A stretch of DNA of 64,000 nucleotides, from contig JADLHG010000020.1 of assembly GCA_020848905.1 (NCBI GenBank), forward strand, positions 8,230 to 72,229, read 5' to 3'. Below, in pieces: positions 54,151-64,000 of the stretch. Numbering within the stretch: position 1 is the first letter of the stretch; every line of letters begins with the position of its first letter. Below the pieces are notes generated by a model. The model was not told where the DNA came from and made no database searches. It worked only from the letters and a program-made list of their open reading frames with translations. Made by a program: the position numbers and the translations under genes. This DNA is from Deltaproteobacteria bacterium. GTDB lineage: Bacteria > Myxococcota_A > Polyangia > GCA-2747355 > JADLHG01.

Positions 54151-55269
54151 CTACATCCCGCGCCGGAGCGTGCCGAGCGCGAGGTCCGTGGCGCTGCGCG
54201 CGATCCGTGCCGCCAGCCGGATGCCCGGGACCACGTCGACCGTCGAGCTCATGGCCAGCTCGATCGCGGGCCCGAGCTCGACGGAGATCGGCTCACCGTC
54301 GCTCTCCAGCACCTCGCCGTCCAACGTGAAGATCCTCTCGGGGCTGTCGAGCTCGAGGTGCGAGGCGGGCCGGTTCACGTAGCGCGGGTCGGTCGGGAAC
54401 TGCCCCCGCCCGAAGAAGGAGAGCGCGGCCTGGGTCCAGGCGGAGACCGGCGAGCGCAGCGCGTGCGGATCGATGGGCAAGAGCCCCCGCGCGAGCAGCG
54501 GCATCATCAACGAGAACTCGCGCGGCGTGATGGCGTACGCGGCGACGTGGAAGGTGTCGCGGGTCCGCGGCTCGACGAAGGGGTCGGTCCCCACGAAGAG
54601 CCGGCCGGTGGTGTTGCAGAAGACCAGCGTGAAGCGGTCGGCCGGAAGCGTCTCCCCGTCGATCTGCACCCGGGCCTGCATCGGCTCGACGAGGGCCGCG
54701 TAATCGGCCGGGCGCTTGCTCCAGACGGCGGAGAGCGAGCGGACCGCGGTGTTCGCCACCTGCACCAGGCTCTTACTGCTCTTCTCGAACTGCGAGAGCA
54801 GGCGGACCAGCGGGCCGCTGCCGAAGGTGAAGCCGTGGTGGAGCTCGGCGCCGTGGCGGACGGCGAGGAGCGGCACCGACTTGAAGAGGAGCTGTCCCGC
54901 GCGGTGCGCCCGCACCACGCTGCGGAAATTCTGCGCCGGGGTGTCGCTCAGCCCGCACCAGCGCGCCACGACGTTCATCGTGCCGCCCCCGATGAAGGCG
55001 AAGCGCGGCCGGCGGGCGCGGGCCTGGCGGCAAACGCGGTCGAGCACGCGCTGGATCGTGCCGTCTCCGCCGTAGATGCAGACCAGCTCGGTGCGCTTGC
55101 CGAGCTCCTCGAGCGCGGGGCCCAGATCGTCGATCGAGTCGGTGACGATGCGCCGCGCGTGCTGCGCCTCCTCGGAGTCGAGGATCTCCGCCAGGGCCTT
55201 CCAGTGGCCGCCGGCCTGCGGGTTGCACAGCAAGACGATGTCTCGCGAGGAGCTACTCATCGGCGTCAC
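54151..55269 (-). CDS. diacylglycerol-kinase catalytic-domain (DAGK_cat / YegS-like) lipid kinase
   Basis: VLLCNPQAGG and the signature CIYGGDGTI (GGDGT). About 370 aa, typical of the family. 34 bp downstream of the glucan synthase stop. Confidence 0.65.
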   Translation of the reverse strand: MTPMSSSSRDIVLLCNPQAGGHWKALAEILDSEEAQHARRIVTDSIDDLGPALEELGKRTELVCIYGGDGTIQRVLDRVCRQARARRPRFAFIGGGTMNVVARWCGLSDTPAQNFRSVVRAHRAGQLLFKSVPLLAVRHGAELHHGFTFGSGPLVRLLSQFEKSSKSLVQVANTAVRSLSAVWSKRPADYAALVEPMQARVQIDGETLPADRFTLVFCNTTGRLFVGTDPFVEPRTRDTFHVAAYAITPREFSLMMPLLARGLLPIDPHALRSPVSAWTQAALSFFGRGQFPTDPRYVNRPASHLELDSPERIFTLDGEVLESDGEPISVELGPAIELAMSSTVDVVPGIRLAARIARSATDLALGTLRRGM

Positions 55270-55302
55270 CCTCCGCGTTCGAGACGAAGCCCGGTCACGC
55301 GC

Positions 55303-58300
55303 TCAACTGGCGCGTACCGTAGCAGGGGGGCCCTCGGCGGCGGAAGGGCCGAAGCGCACCTCGACGGTGTGGTCCCGGCGGTCGTCGGCGAGCGGGAGCA
55401 CGTTCCCCGCGAGCGTCGCGCCGTCGAGCGTCAGGGTCGGCGGACCGGCGTGCAGCGGGTCCTGCGTGAAGAGCAGGTGGTAGAAGGTCGCGTAGTAGCG
55501 GTAGTGCACCTTGAAGCTCGTCCACGCCGCCGGGACCCGCGGCTGGACGTGCAGCCGGTCGACCCGCCGCTCGAGGCCCAGGATGACCTCATGGAGCAGG
55601 CGATAGAACCAGGCGGCCGAGCCGGTGTACCAGGTCCAGCCGCCGCGACCGGCCCACGCCGGATGGCTGTAGACGTCAGCGGCGAGCACGTAGGGCTCGA
55701 CCTTGTAGCGGTCGACTCCCGCGGGGTCGAGCGCGTGGTTGATCGGGTTCAGGAGCGAGACGAGAGCCGCGGCTTGCTCGCTCCGTCCGGCGAGCGCGAA
55801 GGCGAGAGCGGCCCACACGGCCCCGTGCGTGTACTGCCCGCCGTTCTCGCGCACGCCCGCCGGATAGCCCTTGATGTAGCCCGGCTCCTGGGCGGAGCGT
55901 TCGAAGGGGGGCGCGAAGAGCTTCACGAGCGGCGGCTCCTGGCACACGAGCTCGGACCAGACCGCGTCGAGGGCCAGCCGGCGGCGCCCGGGCGCGCCCA
56001 CCTCCGCGATGGTGGCCCAGGCCTGCGGCAGCGCGTCGATGCGGCACTCCGCGCTCCCCGCCGAGCCGAGAGGTTCCCCATCGTCGAAGTAGGCCCGCCG
56101 GTACCACTCCCCATCCCAGGCGTGCGTCTCGAGCGCGGCCTCGAGCGCGCCGGCCGCTTCCCCGCAGCGCCGCGCGAAGGGCTCGTCCCCCCGCGCTGCC
56201 GCTAGCGTCGCGAACTGCGAGAGCACGTGGTGCAGGAAGAAGCCGAGCCAGACGCTCTCCCCCTTGCCCCGGTGGCCCACCCGGTTCATGCCGTCGTTCC
56301 AGTCGCCGCTCCCCATCAGGGGCAGGCCGTGCGCCCCCACGCGCAGGCCGTTGAGGAGCGCTCGCGCGCAATGCTCGTAGAGCGTCCCGCTCTGATCGGA
56401 GCGGCTCGGCAGATCGTAGTAGCTCTCCTCCCCGTCGGTGAGCTGTCGGCCCGCGAGGAAGGGCACCTGCTCGTCGAGCACCCCCGTGTCGCCGGTGAAG
56501 GCCACGTAGCGGCAGACGGCGTAGGGGAGCCACAGGTAGTCGTCCGAACAGCTCGTGCGGACGCCGCGCCCCTTCGGTGGGTGCCACCAGTGGTGCACGT
56601 CTCCCTCGACGAACTGCCGGGCCGCCGAACGCAAAAGGTGTTCCCGCGAGAGCTCGGGCGTCTGATGGAGCAGGGCCACGCAGTCCTGGAGCTGGTCGCG
56701 AAAGCCGTAGGCCCCGCCGGACTGATAGAAGCCGCTCCGGCCCCACATGCGGCAGGAGAGCACCTGGTAGGGGAGCCACCCGTTCAAGAGCACGTTGACC
56801 GCGGCGTCGGGGGTCTCAGCGTGCAGCACGCCGAGCTTGTCGTTCCAGTAGCGCCAGACCTCCTCGAGCGCCACGCGCGCGACGCGCCTGCCGCGGTGGC
56901 GCTGGACCAGCGCGACGGCCTCGGCGGCGCTCGGCGCGGCGCCCAGGATGAAGACGACCTCGCGCTCGGCCCCCTCGGGGAGCTCGAGCCGCGTCTGCAT
57001 CGCGGCGCACGGGTCGAGCCCCGGGCCGAGTCGCCCGCTCAGCCGCCGCAGCCGCAGCGCGGCCGGGCTCGACGGATCGCCGTTGCGTCCCAAGAACTCG
57101 GCGCGGTCGCCGCTCACGCTGCGGACCGTCTCGCTGCAGTCGAAGAAGGCGACGGTCTCGGGGAAGTCGCTGCTGTAGCTGTTGCGCGCCAGGATGGCGC
57201 CCGTGAGCGGATCGAGCTCGGTGATGACGTGCATGGCCTGCCGCGAACGCAGGTCCCCGAGGACGAGGTCCACCGCGGCGAAGACGCTGACGCTCCGGCT
57301 GCGGCCGCTCAGGTTCCGGATCTTGAGCGCCCAGAACTTCACCGGCGCCTCGATGGCCACGTAGGTCGTCAGCTCGGTCTGCAGCCCGTCGTGCTGGTGC
57401 TCGAAGACGCTGTAGCCGAAGCCGTGACGGCAGGCGTACGGGCCCTCGCCGGGCCTTGGTCCGGGCGTGGGACTGAAGGTCTGCCCCCCCTCGTCGTCGC
57501 GGAGGTAGATCGCCTCGCCGCTCGGGTCGCTGACCGCGTCGTTGCTCCAGGGGGTGAGGCGGTAGAGCTGCGAGTTGCCGTACCAGGTGTAGGCGCTGCC
57601 GCTCTCGCTGACCACCGTGCCGAGCTGCGCATTGGCGATGACGTTGACCCAGGGGGCGGGGGTCTGCCGGCCGGGCGGGAGGTCCACGATGTACTCGCGC
57701 CCGTCCTGCGTGAAGCCGCCCGTGCCGTTCGAGAAGATCAGGTCCCGCCGCACGGACCCCGAGGGCTCGGCCGGCGGAGGCGACGGGGCGGGGCGCGCGA
57801 GGGCCAGCATCGGGGGGCGCGACGTGAGAGACGCCTCCCTCCAGCGCTCGAGCTGCTGTTCGAGCGGTCCTTCGCCGTCGCGAATCACGATGCGGGCCAC
57901 GGCCTGCAGAAGCACGCGGTCCTCCTCGGGGAAGGTGTCGAGGTGCCGGACGAAGACGCCGCCCGGGCGGTCCACGAGCTGGGCCTCGGTCCCCGAGGCG
58001 ATGAGTCCCATGATCTGATCGTTCAGCACCCGCCGGTAGCCGGAGGCGTCCTCGTTCCAGATCACGAGGTCGGTGAGCAGGCCGCGCGTGCGCCAGTAGG
58101 CGTGCGCCCCGAGGAGCGTGCGCACGAGGTGGAGGTTCTCCGCGTCGCTCACGCGGAGCAGCACGATCGGGAGGTCGCCGGAGATCGTGTGGCCCCAGAG
58201 CCCCGATTGGCCCTTCCTGTTGCGCAGGAGAATGCTGCCGGGGGCCCGGTAGGCGCCCACCGGGAAGATCACGGCCGAGGCGAGCTGGGCGTACTGCAGA

Positions 58301-61300
58301 GCCTCACGTTCGCTGGCTCCGAGGTGCCCGAGCGCGGCGCGGCTGTGCGTTCCCGCGGCTTCGAAGACCCGGTCCGCCATGCGGTGGTCCTGGTACTTCA
58401 GGACGAGCGCCAGGGCCGCCTCGCGCGTCGCGGCCGCGCCGATCACCAGGTCGAGCTGGACCTTGCCGTCCACCGCGAGCTCCACGGCGCGACGGGCGGC
58501 GACGCACGGGTCGAGCAGCGCCCCGGCTTGTCCGGAGAGCGGGCCGAAGTCGTCGAGAAAGGCGGGTCGACGAAGGCTCCGGCCACGACCGATGGCGCGC
58601 ACGCGTTCCAGCTCGTAGCTGCACGGGCCCGCGTCGGCGGAGCGCGCCTGGAGCATGCAGAACATCCAGGGCGGGCGCTCCTCGGCGGAGCGCGGGCGCC
58701 GCGTCATCAGGAGGGCGCCGTGCTCGGGGACGAGCTCCGCGTGCACGAACAGGTTGCTGAAGGCGCGGTGAAGCTCGTCGGCCACGCCCGGAGCGAGCAC
58801 GACCTCCGCGTAGGCGGTGACCTGGAGCGCGCGCGGGGACGCCGAGCGGTTGGTCAGACGGAGGCGGCGGATTTCGAGGTCGTCCTCGGCGGAGACCGCG
58901 ATCTCGGTGTGCGTCTCGATCTGATCGTCCTGGCGGCGGAACTCGGCCCGCCCCGGCGTGAAGATCGCCTCGTAGTGTCGGCCGGCGTGGAGCAGCGGCT
59001 GATAGGCGCTGGACCAGCTCCGGTGCGTCGCCCGGTCGCCGACGAAGCAGAAGACGCCGAAGGTCTCCGAGGTGGGGTCCTCGCGCCAGCGCGTCACGGC
59101 CAGGTCGTTCCAGCGGCTGTAGCCGGCGCCGGCGGCCGAGACCATCACGTGGTAGCGACCGTTCGAGAGGAGCTGCACCTCGGGGATGGGGGTGTTCGGG
59201 TTTGTGAGCACGCGGTTCACCGTCTCCGGGCCTCTGCGGACCACGCGCCGCGACACCTGCGCCTCGCGGGCGTGCGGGTGGATCAGCGCGTGGACCTTGG
59301 GGATGCGCTCCTGCAGGAGGAGCGTAGCCGCCCGCAGCTCCGGGTTGCTCAGGAAGCGACGCTGCATCTCGGGGCCCAGCACCGCCTGGCCGAGCGCGAG
59401 CAAGCTCATGCCGTGGTGGTGGACCATGTAGGAGCGGACGAGCGTGCTCCTTTGCCCCTCGGGCACGCGCGTGGGCGTGAAGTCTACCGCCTCGTAGAAG
59501 CCGTACGCTCCCACGCACGCCTCGTCCGACAAGCGGCGCAGGTTGGCGCAGGCCCGCTCGGGGTCCACGAGGAGCGCCAGGGTCGAGGCGTACGGCGAGA
59601 TGACGAGGTCGTCGCCGAGCCCGCGCTGCAGGCCGAGGCCGGGGACGCCAAAGGCGCGGTACTGGTAGGTCCCCTCGACGTCGGTCAGGCCGAAGCAGGA
59701 CTCGGAGACGCCCCAGGGCACGCCGCGCTGGCGGCCGTAGGCGATCTGGTGGGCCACCGCCGCGGCGCAGGTCTCGTGCAGGAGCGTCCCCTCGTAGGCG
59801 GGCATCACGAGGAGCGGCATCAGGTACTCGAACATCGAGCCGCTCCAGCTCAGCAGCGCCTGCTTCCCGCGCGCGGTGGTCAGGCGGCGGCCTAGGGCGA
59901 ACCAGTGTTCGAAGGGGAGCTCGCCCGAGGCGATGGCCAGGTAGCTCGCGAGGCGGGCCTCCGACGCCAAGAGATCGTAGAAGCTCTTGTCCAGCCGGCG
60001 CTCGGTGACCCAGTAGCCGATGGCCAAGAGCTTGCGCTGCCGATCGAAGAGGAACGAGAACTCCGCGTCGGCCAGGCCCAGGCAGCGTTGCCCGAGCGTC
60101 TCGAGTTGCTGCAGGCGCGCGAAGACAGCCTCGGCGCCGAGGCGCAGGGCCTCGAGCAGCGCGGCACGTGGATTCTCGGGACGGACGGACCCCAGCGCGC
60201 CATCAGCCCCCAGCGTTTCGGCCGCCTGTTGCGCGAGGCGGCCGAGCGCTTCGAGGGTGGCGGCGCCGTCGAGCTCCGCGAGACACCGCGCCGTATCCGC
60301 GTCGCGCGGGTCGGGGGGGAGCGCGAGCCAGGGGGCCAGCTCGGTCAGGTCGGCCAGAAAGGCCCGCGCGTGCCGATCGAAGGCGCTGGCCCACCAGGAG
60401 GCCTCGGGGTGGCGCTGCCGATCGCACGACTCGGCGAGGCGCGCGGAGGCCGCGCTCAGCACTTCCAGCCAGCTCCGCGTGGCGGAGAGTCCGTGCGCGC
60501 GCGTCTCGAGGAGCCGCGAGCAGGTCGCGAACGCCTCGGGGTCGCAGCGCGCTTGCGGCTCGTCGCGCCCGCCGAGCTGCGCGGTCAGGACCCCGAACGT
60601 GTCGCGCAGGCCGTCGAGCGCCCTTGCGGGCAACGCCGGGGCCGTCGCGAGCTCGAGGAGCCCGCTGCGCAGCACGCGCACGTGCCCCACGAGGTTGCCG
60701 CTGTCGACGGAGGAGACGTAGAGCGGGGCGAGGGGCTTGCGCGTCTCCGTCTCGTACCAGTTGAAGAAGTGCCCCCGGTGACGCTCGAGCGTCTCCATCG
60801 ATTCGATGGAGCGGGCGGTGCGGTCGAGGAGCTGCCCGCCGCTCAGGTACCCGAGGTCGTGCGCCGCCAGGTTGGAGAGCAGCGAGAGGCCCAGGTCGGT
60901 GGGGCTGGTGCGATGCGCCACGCGCAGCCCGGGGAGCTCCTGGACGTTGTCCGGGGGGAGCCAGTTGTCGCGAGGGCCGACGAAGACCTCGAAGTAGCGC
61001 CAGGTGAGTCGGGCCACCTGCCGCAGAAAGCCCACCTCCTCGGCGGCGAGCCGGCTCGAGGGGGGTCGCACCGGCCGGCTGACCCACCATGCGATGAGGG
61101 GGGAGAGGAGCCAGAGCACGAGGACCAGACTCGCGGAGACGCCCGCTTTCGCAGGGGCCCTCGTGGCCAGGAAGGCCGCGGTGGCGATTGCCACGGCCGG
61201 TGCGACCCACATCCGCTGCAGCACCGGGCCGAAGCGCGACGCCGCTCCGCTCTCGGCGGCGGCGGCGGTCTGCCACTCGAGCAGGCGTTTGTGGCTGAAG

Positions 61301-64000
61301 AACATGCGCCAGAGCGAGCGCAGCGCCGCGTCCAGGGCGACCACGGCCTCGAAGGGGAGAAAGGCCACCCAGAGCGTCATCTTGCTCAGGCGGCGCGCGG
61401 TGGAGCGGGCCACGGTCGCGAGGTGCAAGCGCCAGGGGAGCTTCGCCGGGCGCTGGGTCAGCTCGGCCAGCCCCGGAAGGAGCTCGGGGCCGAGGAGCAG
61501 GGCCAGGACCCCGAGCGTCCAGGAGACGGGCGCGGGGAGCACGAGCCAGCCGAGCAGGAACAAGAGCACGTAGGCCGGCGCGAGAAAGGCGCGACGCAGG
61601 TTGTCGAAGATCTTCCACCAGCCGAGCGCCGCGAGCCACGGCCTCAGGCGCTGTCCCGCGGCGTCGCTGGTGCGGGTGCCCAGCCAGGGGGCGATCTGCC
61701 AGTCGCCGCGCATCCAGCGGTGGCGACGGCTCACGTCCGTCAGGTAGCGCGAGGGAGAGTCTTCGAGCAGCTCCACGTCGCTGCACTGCCCGGTTCGGGC
61801 ATAGCAGGACTCGAGCAGGTCGTGGCTCAGCACCGTGTTGTCGGGGAAGCGCCCGTCGAGCAGCCGGCGAAAGGCCCCCACGTCGTAGATCCCCTTGCCG
61901 ATGAAGGAGGCCTCCCCGAAGAGGTCCTGGTAGAGGTCGGAGACCACGCGCGTGTAGGGGTCGAGGCCCACCTCGCCGGCGAGGAGCCGCGCGTAGTGGC
62001 TCTGCTGGGAGCTTTGCAGCGAGCTGGCCACGCGGGGCTGAAGGATGGCGTAGCCGCGGAGGAGGCGTCGCTTCGCGAGGTCGAGCCGCGGGCGATGCAG
62101 AGGATGCGCGGCGGCGCCCACGAGGCGCCACCCGGCCCCCCACGGCAGGTTCGTATCGGTGTCGAGCGTGATGACGTAGCGGACGGAGTCGAGCTCCGAG
62201 GCGTCCCCCACGATGCGACTGAAGCACTGCCGGTCCTCCCCACAGAGGAGGGCGTTCAGGTCCTCGAGCTTGCCCCGCTTCCGCTCCCGGCCCATCCAGC
62301 ACCCTTCTTGCTGGTTGAAGAGGCGGGGGCGGTGAAAGAGGAAGAAGCGTCCCGGTGCGGCGCCGCCGTAGCGGTCGTTCAGCCCGCGGATGTCGCCCGA
62401 GGCGCGCTCGAGCAGCTCCTCGTCGCCCGGGAGGTGCTCGGTCTTGGCGTCGCCGAAGTCGGTGAGGAGGCCGAACCAGAGGTTCGGGTCGCGGTTGGCG
62501 AGGTACCGCAGCTCGAGTCCTTCGATGAGCTCGGCGATGCGCTCCGGCCGGGTCAACAGCGTGGGGACGATCACCAGCGTGCGGCACGCGTCGGGGATGC
62601 CGTGTTCGAAGTCCAGGCGGGGCAGACCGCGAGGCCGCCAGGTGACCGAGGCCACCCAGTTCACGAGAGCGATTGCGCACTGCGAGGCGGCCACCGCGGC
62701 GGCGAGCGCCAGAGCCACTCTCGCGGACAGCGCGGCGGTCGCGGAGCGGTGCACGACCCACGCGAAAGCCGCGGCGGTGAAAAGCGCGACGGGGCCGAGG
62801 TAGGCCAGGAGCTTCAGGTTGCGCACCAGCCGCGGTCGTAGGAGGCGCGGGCGCACCTCGTCGCGGAGAGCCCGTTCGAGCTGCGGCCTCCCCTCGTCCA
62901 CGAGGAGATACCCCACGTGCGCCCCGACGCCGTCGCTGTCCCGGGCGTGCGCCTCGGCGGCCAGCGCCACCGCGGTGCGGGCCACCTCCTCCTCGTCGAT
63001 GCGGCGCCGCCGTGCGAGGGCCTCGACGACGTGCCGGTAGCTGTCGCGGGTCGCGAAGTCCATCGCGCCGTACACCCCGGATGGCTCGCCCCGCAGGATC
63101 TGCTCGGTCGCGCTCTGCGCTTCGACGAAGGTGTGCCACTCGGTGGCGTTCACGAAGCGCAGGCTAGCAATACTGTTCGCCATCGACGCCTGGTCCGCGG
63201 CCTGACTGCGGCTCTCGCAGCGCACGACCTCCTCGATGGTCTGGCCCCGCTCGGCCAGGCGGTGCTCGAGCCAGGCCGTGACGAAGCCGGTGGGTGCCCC
63301 GCCGCCGCCCTGCAGCGCCTGCGTGAACTGCGCGACGAAGGCCGTCGAGAAGGGAGGGTCCTCGCGCACCATGTCCGCCAGCACGAGCAGGGCGCTCTCG
63401 TGCCCCTCGCCCGGTGAGTTGATCCGCTGGGCCCACGCCAGCGCGCTATCGCGGTGCGCGCGCTGCCAGCTCACGCTCTGCGCGACGCGTCGCAGGTTCT
63501 CGACCAGCGCCAGGCGCAGCATGATCGGCACCGACCAGAGCTCGCCCAGCGTCAGGTGCGTCACCGACTGGTATGCTGCTAAATAGCGAGATAGTGCGTC
63601 GTCGTCAACGCGACCGTCGACGTGGGAGATGAGCTCCTGGATCAGGTCGTAGACGCGGGGCAACCCGGGCGACTCGCCCCCCGCCAGGCGCGGGAGCTGG
63701 CGGCTGTAGCCCGGGGGGCAGTGCTTGCGCGCCAGGTGGATCTGCTCCTCGATCAGATAGTGGTTGTCGAGCAGCCATTCGGCGGCCGGCGTCAGGCGGC
63801 GCCCCCCCGCGTGGGCCTCCGACATGAGCGCGTGACACTGGAGGATCACCTGCTCCGAGTCGGTGAGCCGCTTCAGGAGGCGCCCGCTGCCTCGGCGAGG
63901 CGCCACGCGGTGGGTGGCGGCCAGCGTCCTGGCGTGCAGCTCGAGCTGCTCGATGGTGAGGATCGCCCCGCGCAAGGGAGGCTCGGAGGCGCTGGCGCTG
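55303..64000 (-). CDS. ndvB: cyclic beta-1,2-glucan synthase (NdvB/ChvB/Cgs-like; GT84 + GH94 architecture), 5' end beyond the window
   Basis: More than 2,890 aa. Multiple TM helices in the N-terminal third. The C-terminal GH94 (cellobiose-phosphorylase-like) region includes WYGNSQLYRLTPWSNDAVSDPSGEAIYLRDDEGGQTFSP, the catalytic GSGDWNDGMN motif, and VWLGFFLHHVL. The reading frame stays open upstream of the reported TTG to the window edge, so the true start lies past 64000. Confidence 0.75.
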   Translation of the reverse strand, partial: SASASEPPLRGAILTIEQLELHARTLAATHRVAPRRGSGRLLKRLTDSEQVILQCHALMSEAHAGGRRLTPAAEWLLDNHYLIEEQIHLARKHCPPGYSRQLPRLAGGESPGLPRVYDLIQELISHVDGRVDDDALSRYLAAYQSVTHLTLGELWSVPIMLRLALVENLRRVAQSVSWQRAHRDSALAWAQRINSPGEGHESALLVLADMVREDPPFSTAFVAQFTQALQGGGGAPTGFVTAWLEHRLAERGQTIEEVVRCESRSQAADQASMANSIASLRFVNATEWHTFVEAQSATEQILRGEPSGVYGAMDFATRDSYRHVVEALARRRRIDEEEVARTAVALAAEAHARDSDGVGAHVGYLLVDEGRPQLERALRDEVRPRLLRPRLVRNLKLLAYLGPVALFTAAAFAWVVHRSATAALSARVALALAAAVAASQCAIALVNWVASVTWRPRGLPRLDFEHGIPDACRTLVIVPTLLTRPERIAELIEGLELRYLANRDPNLWFGLLTDFGDAKTEHLPGDEELLERASGDIRGLNDRYGGAAPGRFFLFHRPRLFNQQEGCWMGRERKRGKLEDLNALLCGEDRQCFSRIVGDASELDSVRYVITLDTDTNLPWGAGWRLVGAAAHPLHRPRLDLAKRRLLRGYAILQPRVASSLQSSQQSHYARLLAGEVGLDPYTRVVSDLYQDLFGEASFIGKGIYDVGAFRRLLDGRFPDNTVLSHDLLESCYARTGQCSDVELLEDSPSRYLTDVSRRHRWMRGDWQIAPWLGTRTSDAAGQRLRPWLAALGWWKIFDNLRRAFLAPAYVLLFLLGWLVLPAPVSWTLGVLALLLGPELLPGLAELTQRPAKLPWRLHLATVARSTARRLSKMTLWVAFLPFEAVVALDAALRSLWRMFFSHKRLLEWQTAAAAESGAASRFGPVLQRMWVAPAVAIATAAFLATRAPAKAGVSASLVLVLWLLSPLIAWWVSRPVRPPSSRLAAEEVGFLRQVARLTWRYFEVFVGPRDNWLPPDNVQELPGLRVAHRTSPTDLGLSLLSNLAAHDLGYLSGGQLLDRTARSIESMETLERHRGHFFNWYETETRKPLAPLYVSSVDSGNLVGHVRVLRSGLLELATAPALPARALDGLRDTFGVLTAQLGGRDEPQARCDPEAFATCSRLLETRAHGLSATRSWLEVLSAASARLAESCDRQRHPEASWWASAFDRHARAFLADLTELAPWLALPPDPRDADTARCLAELDGAATLEALGRLAQQAAETLGADGALGSVRPENPRAALLEALRLGAEAVFARLQQLETLGQRCLGLADAEFSFLFDRQRKLLAIGYWVTERRLDKSFYDLLASEARLASYLAIASGELPFEHWFALGRRLTTARGKQALLSWSGSMFEYLMPLLVMPAYEGTLLHETCAAAVAHQIAYGRQRGVPWGVSESCFGLTDVEGTYQYRAFGVPGLGLQRGLGDDLVISPYASTLALLVDPERACANLRRLSDEACVGAYGFYEAVDFTPTRVPEGQRSTLVRSYMVHHHGMSLLALGQAVLGPEMQRRFLSNPELRAATLLLQERIPKVHALIHPHAREAQVSRRVVRRGPETVNRVLTNPNTPIPEVQLLSNGRYHVMVSAAGAGYSRWNDLAVTRWREDPTSETFGVFCFVGDRATHRSWSSAYQPLLHAGRHYEAIFTPGRAEFRRQDDQIETHTEIAVSAEDDLEIRRLRLTNRSASPRALQVTAYAEVVLAPGVADELHRAFSNLFVHAELVPEHGALLMTRRPRSAEERPPWMFCMLQARSADAGPCSYELERVRAIGRGRSLRRPAFLDDFGPLSGQAGALLDPCVAARRAVELAVDGKVQLDLVIGAAATREAALALVLKYQDHRMADRVFEAAGTHSRAALGHLGASEREALQYAQLASAVIFPVGAYRAPGSILLRNRKGQSGLWGHTISGDLPIVLLRVSDAENLHLVRTLLGAHAYWRTRGLLTDLVIWNEDASGYRRVLNDQIMGLIASGTEAQLVDRPGGVFVRHLDTFPEEDRVLLQAVARIVIRDGEGPLEQQLERWREASLTSRPPMLALARPAPSPPPAEPSGSVRRDLIFSNGTGGFTQDGREYIVDLPPGRQTPAPWVNVIANAQLGTVVSESGSAYTWYGNSQLYRLTPWSNDAVSDPSGEAIYLRDDEGGQTFSPTPGPRPGEGPYACRHGFGYSVFEHQHDGLQTELTTYVAIEAPVKFWALKIRNLSGRSRSVSVFAAVDLVLGDLRSRQAMHVITELDPLTGAILARNSYSSDFPETVAFFDCSETVRSVSGDRAEFLGRNGDPSSPAALRLRRLSGRLGPGLDPCAAMQTRLELPEGAEREVVFILGAAPSAAEAVALVQRHRGRRVARVALEEVWRYWNDKLGVLHAETPDAAVNVLLNGWLPYQVLSCRMWGRSGFYQSGGAYGFRDQLQDCVALLHQTPELSREHLLRSAARQFVEGDVHHWWHPPKGRGVRTSCSDDYLWLPYAVCRYVAFTGDTGVLDEQVPFLAGRQLTDGEESYYDLPSRSDQSGTLYEHCARALLNGLRVGAHGLPLMGSGDWNDGMNRVGHRGKGESVWLGFFLHHVLSQFATLAAARGDEPFARRCGEAAGALEAALETHAWDGEWYRRAYFDDGEPLGSAGSAECRIDALPQAWATIAEVGAPGRRRLALDAVWSELVCQEPPLVKLFAPPFERSAQEPGYIKGYPAGVRENGGQYTHGAVWAALAFALAGRSEQAAALVSLLNPINHALDPAGVDRYKVEPYVLAADVYSHPAWAGRGGWTWYTGSAAWFYRLLHEVILGLERRVDRLHVQPRVPAAWTSFKVHYRYYATFYHLLFTQDPLHAGPPTLTLDGATLAGNVLPLADDRRDHTVEVRFGPSAAEGPPATVRAS

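Noticed and set aside
1-64000. Searched for CRISPR arrays, rRNA genes, integrase/transposase genes and phage structural genes
   Set aside because: No regularly spaced repeats beyond the 10-bp GGGGGCTGGC run. No rRNA-like conserved stretches and no recombinase/transposase motifs seen in any frame. tRNAs cannot be excluded by eye, but no obvious cloverleaf candidates were found in the few intergenic regions longer than 150 bp.

Overview
The window is about 70% GC and looks myxobacterial. Three proteins end in MYXO-CTERM-like tails (a GC/GG-C motif, then a hydrophobic helix, then an Arg/Lys cluster). There are also HAF-repeat and Cys-rich-repeat proteins and many lipoprotein or Sec signal peptides. 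Many long Arg/Ala/Gly-rich ORFs in the track are antisense or out-of-frame artefacts of the GC content and are not called. I call about 49 genes and found no rRNA genes, CRISPR arrays or transposases. Recognisable housekeeping or enzyme genes are an SPFH/band-7 protein, a copper nitrite reductase (nirK, lipoprotein form), an etfB-etfA-acyl-CoA dehydrogenase-alpha/beta-hydrolase block, a trypsin-like S1 protease, an OmpA-family lipoprotein, a formylglycine-generating-enzyme family protein, and a roughly 2,900-aa cyclic beta-1,2-glucan synthase (NdvB/Cgs-like) that runs off the window's right edge. The most unusual locus is a five-gene plus-strand cluster at 28.6-34.8 kb. It encodes a PRPP-synthetase-like protein, NadE, a NadD-like adenylyltransferase, nicotinamidase PncA and nicotinate phosphoribosyltransferase PncB, which together form a complete Preiss-Handler NAD+ salvage route plus its PRPP supplier. 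Every one of the five proteins carries an N-terminal extension that looks like a classical cleavable Sec signal peptide ahead of an otherwise full-length catalytic core. The NadD-like protein also has a mutated HxGH motif, and the PRS-like protein has an extra N-terminal domain of about 190 aa. Divergently transcribed from this cluster is a tightly coupled operon encoding an ECF sigma factor, a zinc-finger anti-sigma factor and a caspase-like (clan CD) membrane protein. That operon is followed by a VOC protein and a legumain-like C13 (clan CD) lipoprotein. Other notable structures are two tandem paralogous Cys-containing lipoprotein genes, two tandem M14/AstE-like carboxypeptidase paralogs, a duplicated module of divergently transcribed small secreted proteins (39.1-42.2 kb), and a cgs-DAGK-like kinase-lipoprotein-OMP operon.
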